Below, piece by piece: positions 10,801 through 18,986 of a stretch of 29,979 nt of DNA. Each line of letters begins with the position of its first letter. Position 1 is the stretch's first letter. Where the stretch lies: IMG/VR virus record IMGVR_UViG_3300020044_002186, positions 1 to 29,979 of that record, one strand, 5' to 3'. Under the pieces are notes generated by a model. That model had not been told where the DNA came from, ran no database searches, and saw only the letters and a list, made by a program, of their open reading frames with translations. Both the position numbers and the translations under genes were made by a program. The DNA is from a virus (Duplodnaviria > Caudoviricetes).

Positions 10801-11621
10801 TTTTAAATTCAGGATCAGTTGGAATTAATATAACTGATCCTGTTAATACTGCTTGGGGAAACGGATCAGTAACAAAACAATTATCCATTAATGCCACAAA
10901 TTATGCAGTTATAAACTTATTAGGCGGATCACGTAGATATTCGATGGGAGTTGGTGACAATAATTTTTATATGGCTTATGATAATAGTCAATCAAGACAT
11001 AATATAATTGTTTACGGAAGTGGGAATATCGGCATTAATGGAGCAGCAGATGCAGGATATAAATTAGATGTTACAGGAACAATTAGATCAACAGGAATAA
11101 ATTATGCAGCCAATTTTTATGCAGGTGGAACATATAATGCACCAAATGCGGTTGTAATTGCATCTGATTTGAATTGGACATTTGGTTGTTTTAATAGTGG
11201 CGCACAATATTGGATGCAAGTAAAATATTATGGTGTTGATGATGACAGCAGGGGTTTTAGGCTTTTAAATATGAATAATGGCACCGTTGATTTTAGAGTC
11301 AATGGATTAGGAAACGGTATTTTTAGGGGATCAGTCACAGCAACATCATTTTTTGAATCATCGGATTTTCGCCTAAAAAAATTAATTGAACACAATCCAA
11401 TTGTTGCAGGAATTGATAATTTACAGGCTAAATTATACGAAAAGAATGGCAAATTAGAATTGGGATATTTTGCACAGGATGCCGAAAAAATAATGCCGTA
11501 TGCGGTGACAAAAAATGCAGATGGATTTTTAAATTTATCATACCGTGAAGTCCACACGGCAAAAATTGCAAGATTAGAACAAAGGGTTGCAGAATTAGAA
11601 AAACAATTAAACGCAGCATAA
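7848..11621 (+). CDS. Long tail fibre with C-terminal intramolecular chaperone (peptidase S74-like)
   Basis: 1257 aa, G/T/N/S-rich; repeated GNxGIGT...KLDVxG units; C-terminal SDFRLKK...GYFAQD..IMPYAV and coiled coil. Confidence 0.85.
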   Translation: MASLTGNLVAETYKALLKTIDNDILTASEKQITDGLGGGSNVFIDSNGFLRANKYKVTNGLATQFLKADGSLDANAYLTSITGAQVITALGYTPVTNARTLTINGTTYDLTANRSWTVAGTAAVWGNITGTLSNQTDLQTALNAKFNNPTGTISQYIRGDGSLATFPTLPGGLPIGGTAGQILAKIDATDYNTHWIDNFATQTKNEVKLGQTLAKGTAVYVSSANGTNMIVSAASNASENLSSKTFGLLETGGATNDFVKCVTFGLIAGLDTSTATAGDPVWLGVNGALLFGVANKPVAPANMVYIGVVTRVQSNNGEIFVNVQNGFEIEELHDVLITSKANNQGLFYESSTGLWKNKSIATVLGYTPQAQLNGTGFVKASGTTISYDNSTYLTTADAASTYQRLDRMAINLLASDIQYPNNNAVIAALALKANAANPVFTGNMTISGAEPKLFFTDTDNNPDYTVFIDSGVFYIYDQTAGTTRFSISSTGNISAGVGKSITAGSFVKESGLATQFLKADGSIDSSTYVTSTALADYLLITTAASTYQRLDRIASSLFASATNYPNNNAVIAGLALKADAANPVFTGSMNIQGLESRINFYDENNLRKFFIGYSSGQLSIYQDAGSATRFQINSSGNITTGVNNTITSWGFIRSGGTSSQYLMADGSVSTLTNPVTGTGTTNYLPKFTGASTIGNSTIFDNGTSVGIGTATPTDKLDISGVLRVVFPNDPLTGAITAKILSFSPNPYGLIFRGYASGTHSIQSQRESNNAQLFGLSLQPEGGNVLIGTLTDSGIKLDVNGTGRFSGNLSGTSVNFTSGNFSSTVTTTKVQINGGTTTEFVLGLNSNSTFAFGSTNGRRAAIFAHETIGDSGLQFGWDTTDKTGIIAGSANVTGAGIDFYTFNGSSWANRARITKDGNLGIGTNAPTGTYGKLSVAGGISLLNDNSGKLEIGRYSPGYSNSYIKLGSSSNALNITDNADQFDIFTILNSGSVGINITDPVNTAWGNGSVTKQLSINATNYAVINLLGGSRRYSMGVGDNNFYMAYDNSQSRHNIIVYGSGNIGINGAADAGYKLDVTGTIRSTGINYAANFYAGGTYNAPNAVVIASDLNWTFGCFNSGAQYWMQVKYYGVDDDSRGFRLLNMNNGTVDFRVNGLGNGIFRGSVTATSFFESSDFRLKKLIEHNPIVAGIDNLQAKLYEKNGKLELGYFAQDAEKIMPYAVTKNADGFLNLSYREVHTAKIARLEQRVAELEKQLNAA
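9021..9860 (+). repeat. Diverged tandem duplication within the tail fibre (period 435 nt / 145 aa)
   Basis: YL....AASTYQRLDR...YPNNNAVIA.LALKA.AANPVFTG starts at 9021 and again at 9456. Confidence 0.85.
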
Positions 11622-11622
11622 T

Positions 11623-12066
11623 ATGCAATGGATAAACGTAGCATCAAACCAAACGTGTTCGTGGGATAGCTTGCAAAATGCCTGCGATAATGGGTTTTTT
11701 CTGCAATTGTTACCAATGCCACCATCTGGTGTTCCGGCAGGCCGTTGCGTTCGCAGGGAATTAATTCAATCATATATTGAAATTCAATCAGCACCATTGT
11801 CAGGAGTGCCAAACAATGAATTGGTTGTAAAAAGCCAATTGGTGGCAATTCAATACACATATTATCAATTGACACCGTGCGATGGTGGTGCAGGTGCGTG
11901 GACACGAATTTTTCCAACATTAGGATTTGGGCAACGGTATATTTTGCCCGGTTTTACTAATAGATTTTTTTATTATAATGGAATATCGCAAGGGCCACAA
12001 ACAAACATACCATCTGGATACAACGGATCAATTCAAATTGTAAGTGGTGCAACCTATTGTCCTTAA
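11623..12066 (+). CDS. Hypothetical Cys-containing protein, probably fibre-associated
   Basis: 147-aa ORF starting 1 nt after the fibre stop. Confidence 0.65.
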   Translation: MQWINVASNQTCSWDSLQNACDNGFFLQLLPMPPSGVPAGRCVRRELIQSYIEIQSAPLSGVPNNELVVKSQLVAIQYTYYQLTPCDGGAGAWTRIFPTLGFGQRYILPGFTNRFFYYNGISQGPQTNIPSGYNGSIQIVSGATYCP

Positions 12067-12070
12067 ATTG

Positions 12071-12078
12071 TATATTTG
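12071..12078 (+). promoter_or_regulatory. -7 promoter box
   Basis: TATATTTG(CA) in the intergenic gap. Confidence 0.6.
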
Positions 12079-12105
12079 CATATTAAACAACCAAATCAAT
12101 ATAAA

Positions 12106-12501
12106 ATGAAAAAGAAGTACGCAGAAATCATTGTTTTATCACGTGTATTAAGTCATTTTGCCGGCGAGCAAAAGACAAAGGCACAAAAGAAATTGGCTAA
12201 AATTAACGAAAAATTAAAGCCATATTTGGATAAATATGAGGAACAGGCTGAGGAATATCGTTTGGATAATGCATCAGTTGATAAAGATGGCAATCTAATT
12301 TTAAAAGAAAATGGAGGCTATTCGTACACAAAAGATGGATTAAAAAAATTGACTGAGAAATCAAAAGAATTAAATTTGACTGAGGTTGATTTTGAGGCAA
12401 TACAGGTAATCAATCCAGAGGGATTAGAAGAATTTGGATTCCTAAAAGATTGGATTGAAGGTGTTGAGTTCACAAACATAGAAGAAGAAATAGAATTATA
12501 A
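12106..12501 (+). CDS. Hypothetical helical protein (131 aa)
   Basis: ATG 12106 with A-rich leader; charged helical sequence. Confidence 0.7.
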   Translation: MKKKYAEIIVLSRVLSHFAGEQKTKAQKKLAKINEKLKPYLDKYEEQAEEYRLDNASVDKDGNLILKENGGYSYTKDGLKKLTEKSKELNLTEVDFEAIQVINPEGLEEFGFLKDWIEGVEFTNIEEEIEL

Positions 12502-12502
12502 T

Positions 12503-12850
12503 ATGAAAACAATCGAACCGGTTTCCATTTGGGACAATGGCAAAACATTAAGTGCAACCATTTTAAACGCATATGCGGTGAATGTAACGTTGGGGACATC
12601 TGCAACGTTTTATTATTCATTAAGTGCGCAAAATGAGGATCAGACAATTGGATCACAAGTTGCACAGGGGAATTTGTCAATGACAGGTGATGCATATGCA
12701 CAATGGTCAGTTGATTCATATGCTTGGGATTGGGTTGCAGAGCAATTAAATTTGACAATCACAGGCGATTACATTCCACCTGTGCCACCACAACCAGAAC
12801 CACAACCAGAAACACCAATTGATCCGGCAGTCGAATCACCGGCAGTTTAA
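12503..12850 (+). CDS. Hypothetical protein with Pro-rich C-terminus (possible fibre chaperone or accessory)
   Basis: 115 aa, tightly packed in the tail module. Confidence 0.65.
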   Translation: MKTIEPVSIWDNGKTLSATILNAYAVNVTLGTSATFYYSLSAQNEDQTIGSQVAQGNLSMTGDAYAQWSVDSYAWDWVAEQLNLTITGDYIPPVPPQPEPQPETPIDPAVESPAV

Positions 12851-13300
12851 ATGGCATTAGTAAACGGCACAAATGTTGTTTTGTATGAAGGCGATGTGGC
12901 ATTAGGACATTCCAAATCAGCCACGATGTCTTTACAAATGGATATGGCCGAATTTACCAATAAGGATTCGCAAGGTTGGAAAGAGGTATTAGCCGGTAAA
13001 CGATCAGCATCATTTACAGCGGAAGGGTTGGTGGATTATTCCGATCAGGTCAATTTTAACCAATTTGCAGAACGGATTATCACCAGAAAAGAGGTGCAAT
13101 GGGTATTTCAAACGGCCGGGATGTTTTATTACGGATTGGGATACATTAACAATGTGGAGCAGGTCAGCCAAATGGAAAACGTTTCCACATATTCGGTTGA
13201 TTTTACAATTTCGGGCCGGATTTATACAGATCAGCGATTGATATGGAATTTGGTGTTTACCAATTGGGAAAACTTAAATATTCAATGGCAAAATCTATAA
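12851..13300 (+). CDS. Tail tube-like protein, paralogue 1
   Basis: NGTNV, HSKSATMSL, TNKDSQGWKE..AGKRS; aligns by eye with the next gene. Confidence 0.78.
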   Translation: MALVNGTNVVLYEGDVALGHSKSATMSLQMDMAEFTNKDSQGWKEVLAGKRSASFTAEGLVDYSDQVNFNQFAERIITRKEVQWVFQTAGMFYYGLGYINNVEQVSQMENVSTYSVDFTISGRIYTDQRLIWNLVFTNWENLNIQWQNL

Positions 13301-13311
13301 TGCATTTTGAA

Positions 13312-13319
13312 TATATTTG
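13312..13319 (+). promoter_or_regulatory. -7 promoter box for the major tail tube gene
   Basis: TATATTTG(CA) upstream of ATG 13353. Confidence 0.6.
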
Positions 13320-13352
13320 CATAAAATAAGAGCATAAAAATTAAACAAAAAT

Positions 13353-13763
13353 ATGGCAACATCGGGAGTATTTAACGGCACGAACCTATTGATCAAAGTT
13401 GAAGGAACGGCCATTGCACACACAACATCGTGTTCATTGTCTATTTCACAAGACATTGCAGATGCAACAACAAAAAATTCAGGCGGTTGGTCTGAGGGAA
13501 TCAGCGGTTTACGTTCAGGTGAAATTTCATTTGATGGTTTAGTAAACTACGCATCGGCTGCAAATGCTGAGGAATTAGTTGATTTCGTTTTGAATCGCAC
13601 AATTATTACGTGTGTATTTGGTACATCAGCAACAGGTGATGTGATCTACACAGCGGAAGGATACATTGCATCTATTGAGCAATCAGCAGAAATGGAAGCA
13701 GCGGTGACATTCTCTGGTTCAATCACATTGACAGGCGCAATCGTAAAATCAACAAACGCATAA
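13353..13763 (+). CDS. Major tail tube protein
   Basis: NGTNL, HTTSCSLSI, TTKNSGGWSE.ISGLRS, FSGSITLTGA; precedes the chaperone and tape measure genes. Confidence 0.85.
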   Translation: MATSGVFNGTNLLIKVEGTAIAHTTSCSLSISQDIADATTKNSGGWSEGISGLRSGEISFDGLVNYASAANAEELVDFVLNRTIITCVFGTSATGDVIYTAEGYIASIEQSAEMEAAVTFSGSITLTGAIVKSTNA

Positions 13764-13783
13764 TTTGTTGAATTAAAATACAT

Positions 13784-13815
13784 CCCCTGCATCGGTAATA
13801 TGGTGCAGGGGTTTA
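13784..13815 (+). terminator. GC-rich hairpin after the tail tube gene (weak terminator or stabiliser)
   Basis: CCCCTGCATCG/TGGTGCAGGGG with only a short T-run. Confidence 0.6.
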
Positions 13816-13840
13816 GAGTTTATCACCTAATCAAACACAA

Positions 13841-14230
13841 ATGGAAAATCGCAAACGTGGTTATTGTCAATTAAATATTGGCGGTCAAGATCGCACACTA
13901 CATTTTTCGATGAATTTTTGGGTTGCATTTGAGGATGCAAGTGGCCACAAAATATCAGAAATCGACAAGGTTTTTTCAAACGGAATTTCATTGAACACCA
14001 TTCGTGCATTAGTTTATGCAGGATTATTGGCATATGATCAAGAAAATGGAATCAAACCTGATTACAATATTTATACCGTTGGATCGTGGATGGAGGATTT
14101 GCAGCCAGAATCATTGACATTATTAACAAACACATTAATGGAATCACGTGTTTTGGGTAATGACTTAAATGCAGGAGTTCGCAGAAACGTTGAAAAATCC
14201 ACAAAAAACCCAAAGCAGATCAACCCCTAA
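13841..14230 (+). CDS. Tail assembly chaperone (gpG-like)
   Basis: Position between tube and tape measure genes; ends just after a slippery heptamer. Confidence 0.8.
   Translation: MENRKRGYCQLNIGGQDRTLHFSMNFWVAFEDASGHKISEIDKVFSNGISLNTIRALVYAGLLAYDQENGIKPDYNIYTVGSWMEDLQPESLTLLTNTLMESRVLGNDLNAGVRRNVEKSTKNPKQINP
14203..14209 (+). other. Programmed -1 frameshift site A AAA AAC
   Basis: In-frame X XXY YYZ heptamer; the -1 frame is open (KPKADQPLTWDRMLDF...) into ORF 14242-14544. Confidence 0.8.
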
Positions 14231-14241
14231 CGTGGGACAGA

Positions 14242-14544
14242 ATGCTTGATTTTTATATAGGTCAGGCAGGTATTTCACCGGATCAGTTTTGGCGCAATAC
14301 TTGGAAAGAAAATGCGTTGTTGGGGGAGAGTTGGAGTGTGAACGTGAATTTGAATTGGGAGATGGCACGTTTCATTTCTACAATGATTGTCAATTCGAAT
14401 GCCACCAAAAAATCACAGGTGATTTCACCTGATAAATTATTCTCGTTGCCACAGGATGTGTATTTGGAGAAAGGCAAACCGAAATCAACACCGGAACAAT
14501 TCAAAGCATTTTTAGAACAAATTGAAAAAAGTCAATCCAAATAA
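14242..14544 (+). CDS. Tail assembly chaperone extension (gpT-like, probably made as a G-T fusion)
   Basis: GISPDQFW motif; lies in the -1 frame of the upstream gene. Confidence 0.78.
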   Translation: MLDFYIGQAGISPDQFWRNTWKENALLGESWSVNVNLNWEMARFISTMIVNSNATKKSQVISPDKLFSLPQDVYLEKGKPKSTPEQFKAFLEQIEKSQSK

Positions 14545-14562
14545 TGGGTTGGCTTTTTTTTT
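14525..14562 (+). terminator. Rho-independent terminator before the tape measure gene
   Basis: AAAAAAGTCAATCCA/TGGGTTGGCTTTTTT stem with a long T-run. Confidence 0.72.
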
Positions 14563-14573
14563 AACTTTACATT

Positions 14574-16880
14574 ATGGCAGAGGAACTAAAAGTACGAATA
14601 ACCGGTGACGCAACCGATTTTGATTTGGCATTATCGGATGCGCAAAAATCATTGGTTAAATTTTCAAAGCAAGCAGCAGAATTGGGCAAAACAATGTCCA
14701 CATATGTGACTGCGCCATTATTGGCGGCAGGTGCTGCATCAATTAAAATGGCATCCGATTTCAATGAATCATTGAATAAAGTTGATGTGTCATTTAAAAG
14801 CGCATCAGGATCAGTCACCGAATTTGCAAAAACATCTTTAAAATCATACGGTATTGCATCAGGTACGGCATTGGATATGGCATCCAATTTTGGGGATATG
14901 GCAACATCAATGGGATTGGGTGTTGGTGAGGCATCCAAATTGTCCACATCATTAGTTGGATTGGCCGGTGATATGGCATCCTTTAAAAATATTCGAATTG
15001 ATGTTGCACAAACAGCATTAAACGGAATTTTTACCGGTGAAACAGAATCATTGAAACGATTGGGTATTGTAATGACCGAAGCCAACGTGAAAGCATATGC
15101 GTTTTCACAGGGCATCACAAAGCAATACGATACAATGTCACAGGCAGAAAAGGTGATGTTGCGTTATCAATACGTGATGTCGGTGACAAAGAATGCACAG
15201 GGTGATTTTGCCAGAACAAACGAAAACGCAGCCAATCAGATGCGTATGTTTGGGGAAGGAATGAAACAATTGAGTGCTGAAATTGGTCAGGTTATGTTGC
15301 CGGCAGTTACATCAATTACAAAGGCAGCAAATGGAATGATTACAGGATTTTCCGGCGCAAGTGAAGGAACAAAAGGATTTGTGGTTGCATTGGGGTTAAT
15401 TGCGGCAGGAACAGGGCCATTGTTGTTTTTGGTAGGTACAATTGTTCCAAAAGTAATTGAGGGATTCAATTTAATGACAGCCGCAGCGGTTAAATTCAAT
15501 TTAACATTAAAAACAGCCGGTGGAATTGCAGGATTAGCAACATTATTGGGATTGGCCGCAACATCTGCATATGATTATGCAAAGGCAATGAATCCTGATA
15601 ATAAGCTAACAGAGCAAGAAAAAAAGGATGCAAATGCAATTCGAGAAAAAAACAAACAAATATTAGCATCCATTGAATTGCTTAAAAAGCAAAAGGCAAT
15701 GGCAGGTGGCCCGATTACCGGGATGAATACGGCACAGGGAATATCAAAAGAATCATATGATATTCAAATTGCAGCACAGCAAAAATTATTGACTCAAAAC
15801 AATGCGTTAATTGCCGGAATTGAAAAGAAATCAATTGCGGATGCAGCAGCCACAAAAATTGCTGATGCAGCGGCATTAAAAGAGCAACAAAGAATTTCGG
15901 GCGCATTAGGTGGTAAGAAAGCAAAAAAGGGAGCAAAAGCGGCAAAAGATCCAAATATCGAATTATACAAAGATGATTTCGAATTTTATCAGGATTATTC
16001 AAAGCGATTGCAAGCCGAAAAGGATAGGGTTGCGAAAGAGGATTTGGCAGCATCAGATGCAATGGCATCAAAATATTTAAGTGATCGCCAAAAAGAGGTT
16101 GAAAATTTAGCATCAACATATGATCAGCAAGTCGCAGCAAGACAGCGATTGCATCAAAGTACAACAGCGATTGATGAAAAATACCAATCAGATAGAGCAG
16201 CAATGCAAGCCAAATTCGATGAAGAAGATTTGGCCGCAATGACTGAGAAATTTGATGAAGTAAATGCAGTTATTACCAAATTTGCAGATGAAGATGCAGC
16301 CACAGCAGCGGCAAATGTTGCGGCACAAATGGAAAAAATTATGGCCGTTGGTCAAATGGTTGCCGATACAGCAGGGCAAGCATTTGGAGCATTAGGACAA
16401 TCTATTGTTGATTCAATGGGATTGGCATCAACAGGATTGGAAGGATTTGCACAAGTAATGTTGCGCACATTGGTTGATTTAGGATCAATGATTTTAAAAC
16501 AAATCATTATGAATCAGGCATCTGCAATGGCATCATCTATTGCATCTGCATCACAATCGGCAGCAGCAACAGGGCCATTGGCTGTATTTACACAACCTGC
16601 ATTTATTGCAACGGCAATTGGTGGTGTGTTATCAGCATTTGCATCAATTCCAAAATTTGCCGCAGGTGGTATTGTATCAGGCCCAACAATGGGTTTGATG
16701 GGTGAATATCCGGGCGCAAAATCAAATCCAGAGGTAATCGCACCATTAAACAAATTGCAAAATATGTTGGATACCGGTAATAATGGAGGCGGAGCAATGA
16801 CAGGTGAATTTGTATTACGTGGTCAGGATTTAGTGGTGGCATTACAAAGAGCAGAAAAGCAACGAAATAGAATTGGATAA
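14574..16880 (+). CDS. Tail tape measure protein
   Basis: 768 aa, Ala-rich and helical; GETESLKRLGI; C-terminal FAAGGIVSGPT..LMGEYPGA..NPEVIAPL. Confidence 0.92.
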   Translation: MAEELKVRITGDATDFDLALSDAQKSLVKFSKQAAELGKTMSTYVTAPLLAAGAASIKMASDFNESLNKVDVSFKSASGSVTEFAKTSLKSYGIASGTALDMASNFGDMATSMGLGVGEASKLSTSLVGLAGDMASFKNIRIDVAQTALNGIFTGETESLKRLGIVMTEANVKAYAFSQGITKQYDTMSQAEKVMLRYQYVMSVTKNAQGDFARTNENAANQMRMFGEGMKQLSAEIGQVMLPAVTSITKAANGMITGFSGASEGTKGFVVALGLIAAGTGPLLFLVGTIVPKVIEGFNLMTAAAVKFNLTLKTAGGIAGLATLLGLAATSAYDYAKAMNPDNKLTEQEKKDANAIREKNKQILASIELLKKQKAMAGGPITGMNTAQGISKESYDIQIAAQQKLLTQNNALIAGIEKKSIADAAATKIADAAALKEQQRISGALGGKKAKKGAKAAKDPNIELYKDDFEFYQDYSKRLQAEKDRVAKEDLAASDAMASKYLSDRQKEVENLASTYDQQVAARQRLHQSTTAIDEKYQSDRAAMQAKFDEEDLAAMTEKFDEVNAVITKFADEDAATAAANVAAQMEKIMAVGQMVADTAGQAFGALGQSIVDSMGLASTGLEGFAQVMLRTLVDLGSMILKQIIMNQASAMASSIASASQSAAATGPLAVFTQPAFIATAIGGVLSAFASIPKFAAGGIVSGPTMGLMGEYPGAKSNPEVIAPLNKLQNMLDTGNNGGGAMTGEFVLRGQDLVVALQRAEKQRNRIG

Positions 16881-16882
16881 TT

Positions 16883-18820
16883 ATGGCATACGGTGTAAAA
16901 TATCGTTTGGAATTTGCCGACATAAAAGGCAACAAACGAAAGGTTGAGATTTTCAAAAATGGGTACACCGGTGAGGTTTTACCAATGATTGGAACAGGTG
17001 AGCCGGTTGAAATAGAGTGGAAGGCTGAGGAGGATTTATATGAGCCATTAATTGGATCATTATGCACGTTGAATTTATTAGTAACGGATGACGTTACCTA
17101 TGATGATTTTTATCTATATGATGAACGTGAATACAAAGTGGTGGTGTATTTCGAGGCATCAGCCGGATCGTGGCAAACATATTGGTCAGGATGGGTTGTA
17201 AACGATTTATATTCACAGGCATTGGTTTCCACACCATATTCATTGTCAATCACAGCCACAGACAATTTGGGGCAATTAGATGCATTTGATACATGGATGC
17301 CGGCTGTTGGGGAATCTGATCCAACATTGTGGAAATTTATGTGGAATGCATTGTCAAATTTGCAATTGGATTATGACATTTACATCAGCAATGATTTACG
17401 AATTGCAACCGATACGGCATGGAAAAACATATTTGATCAGGTAACGATAAAAAAAGCGGCATATTATCATGATAATTATATCATAAATGATTCAAAAATG
17501 ACATTGCGTTCAATATTACTTGGATTCAATTGCCGTATATTTCAATCATTTGGCCGGTGGTATATTATAAATAATTCATCGTATGGTGATCAACGAATCA
17601 TTGCAGGAATACAAGCCGGCACATACACAGGATCGGGCATTTTAACTGCAAAGCAAGGTTTTTTAAATGGTGGAACTGAGGAAATCAAATATTGGATTTA
17701 TAATGCATCAGGTGTGGAACAATCAACGGTGACAACCAATATGTTGAAAGTAATTCCAACAAATATGTTGCCAATAGGCCAAAATTTATTTCGTACACCA
17801 CGCAGGCCGGTTAAAAAATATCAGGAAATTGTAGATATTACACAAAAGCCAATTGATTTGAATTTTAACGGATCATTTGAATTTGGCACAGAGGATTGGT
17901 CAGCTAATGTTGGATCAATTGGATCACCTGAAACAAATCCATTTGCAGGGCGAAGGGCTGGATTCTTTATTGAAAAAACAAACAATTTTGCAACGTTTAC
18001 AGCAAAAATGTTTAGCACAACAACAAATGCGTTGGTTACAATTGCAAATCAATATCAATTATTATTATCAGTATTAGTTGAAAATAATGGCACATCAAAT
18101 AAATTGCCATATTACATTAAAATTGATGATTTAAATGGCACTAATTGGTATTTTAATGGTTCATCAAATGCATCACAGGCATGGGGTACAAATTTAGTCT
18201 GGAATACGGTTACAATTAATTCAACATACAAATATCAATCATTTAAAATTACAACAGCCGCAGCCCCTGTTTCGGGCCGTATTTCAGTTCATTTAGGTAT
18301 TTTACAAACAAATGATAATATAGGTCATATTGGTACAAATGTTGATAACGTTGTAATTCGAAATATTGATACAGAACAAAACGTTTACAAACAGGCATGG
18401 TTTATTCGTGAACAATCGGGAGTGTTCAAAACTTCGGATGTGTTGGAACATTCGGATATATATCAGGCAAATATCCCATCAGGCATTTTTTGGGGTAATT
18501 TTACGGACGGCAATACGTTCAAACGTGCGCAGGATGCAAACGGTACATTATTAGAACAATTGATTACACAGCAAAGATTGAATGATTTTAGGAATTATTC
18601 GATGCAATACGAGGGTGATTTGTACAATCAGGATCAATATTCAATAATGTCAATGGCGCATAAATTGTGGGTTAAATTTAATACATTAACCGAAACAGAT
18701 TCGGCAATTGTGGATTCAATCAGGGTGCAGTTAAAATCAAACATATACACCTGTCAATTCCATATCCCAAATAATTACACGGATGTGGCAAGTTCATACC
18801 GGGTTTCATATCAAGAATAA
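16883..18820 (+). CDS. Tail tip / baseplate hub protein
   Basis: 645 aa directly after the tape measure gene; beta-rich; last structural gene. Confidence 0.65.
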   Translation: MAYGVKYRLEFADIKGNKRKVEIFKNGYTGEVLPMIGTGEPVEIEWKAEEDLYEPLIGSLCTLNLLVTDDVTYDDFYLYDEREYKVVVYFEASAGSWQTYWSGWVVNDLYSQALVSTPYSLSITATDNLGQLDAFDTWMPAVGESDPTLWKFMWNALSNLQLDYDIYISNDLRIATDTAWKNIFDQVTIKKAAYYHDNYIINDSKMTLRSILLGFNCRIFQSFGRWYIINNSSYGDQRIIAGIQAGTYTGSGILTAKQGFLNGGTEEIKYWIYNASGVEQSTVTTNMLKVIPTNMLPIGQNLFRTPRRPVKKYQEIVDITQKPIDLNFNGSFEFGTEDWSANVGSIGSPETNPFAGRRAGFFIEKTNNFATFTAKMFSTTTNALVTIANQYQLLLSVLVENNGTSNKLPYYIKIDDLNGTNWYFNGSSNASQAWGTNLVWNTVTINSTYKYQSFKITTAAAPVSGRISVHLGILQTNDNIGHIGTNVDNVVIRNIDTEQNVYKQAWFIREQSGVFKTSDVLEHSDIYQANIPSGIFWGNFTDGNTFKRAQDANGTLLEQLITQQRLNDFRNYSMQYEGDLYNQDQYSIMSMAHKLWVKFNTLTETDSAIVDSIRVQLKSNIYTCQFHIPNNYTDVASSYRVSYQE

Positions 18821-18825
18821 TTTTG
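18818..18825 (+). promoter_or_regulatory. -7 promoter box for candidate sRNA1
   Basis: TAATTTTG overlapping the TAA stop of the tail gene. Confidence 0.55.
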
Positions 18826-18829
18826 TTTT

Positions 18830-18928
18830 TCATAGGTTTAGGGTTGCGCATCCGTTCATCTTATGGGTGAATCGGATGTTGATTAGGTTGAATGCAGAAT
18901 GGTCGTGGAATTATCTACGGCCATTTTT
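18830..18928 (+). ncRNA. Candidate small RNA 1 (~100 nt)
   Basis: Promoter box, internal hairpin 18849-18878, terminator hairpin 18898-18925 with T-run; G-U pairs favour the + strand; unpaired parts are complementary to phage translation starts. Confidence 0.5.
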
Positions 18929-18934
18929 GTTTTA
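18898..18934 (+). terminator. Rho-independent terminator
   Basis: AATGGTCGTGGA/TCTACGGCCATT stem (2 G-U pairs) followed by T-runs. Confidence 0.8.
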
Positions 18935-18947
18935 TTTGCCGGTTTTA

Positions 18948-18973
18948 CTAATTAGTTAATTGGCTAATTTTGA
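18948..18973 (+). promoter_or_regulatory. Promoter (-7 box TAATTTTG at 18965-18972) with overlapping inverted repeat
   Basis: CTAATTAG-N8-CTAATTTTGA, as at 2546-2571. Confidence 0.65.
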
Positions 18974-18986
18974 AAAAAAACTACAA

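Noticed and set aside
11228-11920. 230-aa minus-strand ORF and the other antisense ORFs in the track
   Set aside because: Shadows of well-supported + strand genes, with no recognisable motifs
18720-18833. 37-aa minus-strand ORF with a good-looking start (CCTAAACCT-ATG-AAA)
   Set aside because: It lies antisense to the tail gene, the genome is otherwise all +, and nearby stems rely on G-U pairs that only work on +. Kept only as an alternative explanation for sRNA1
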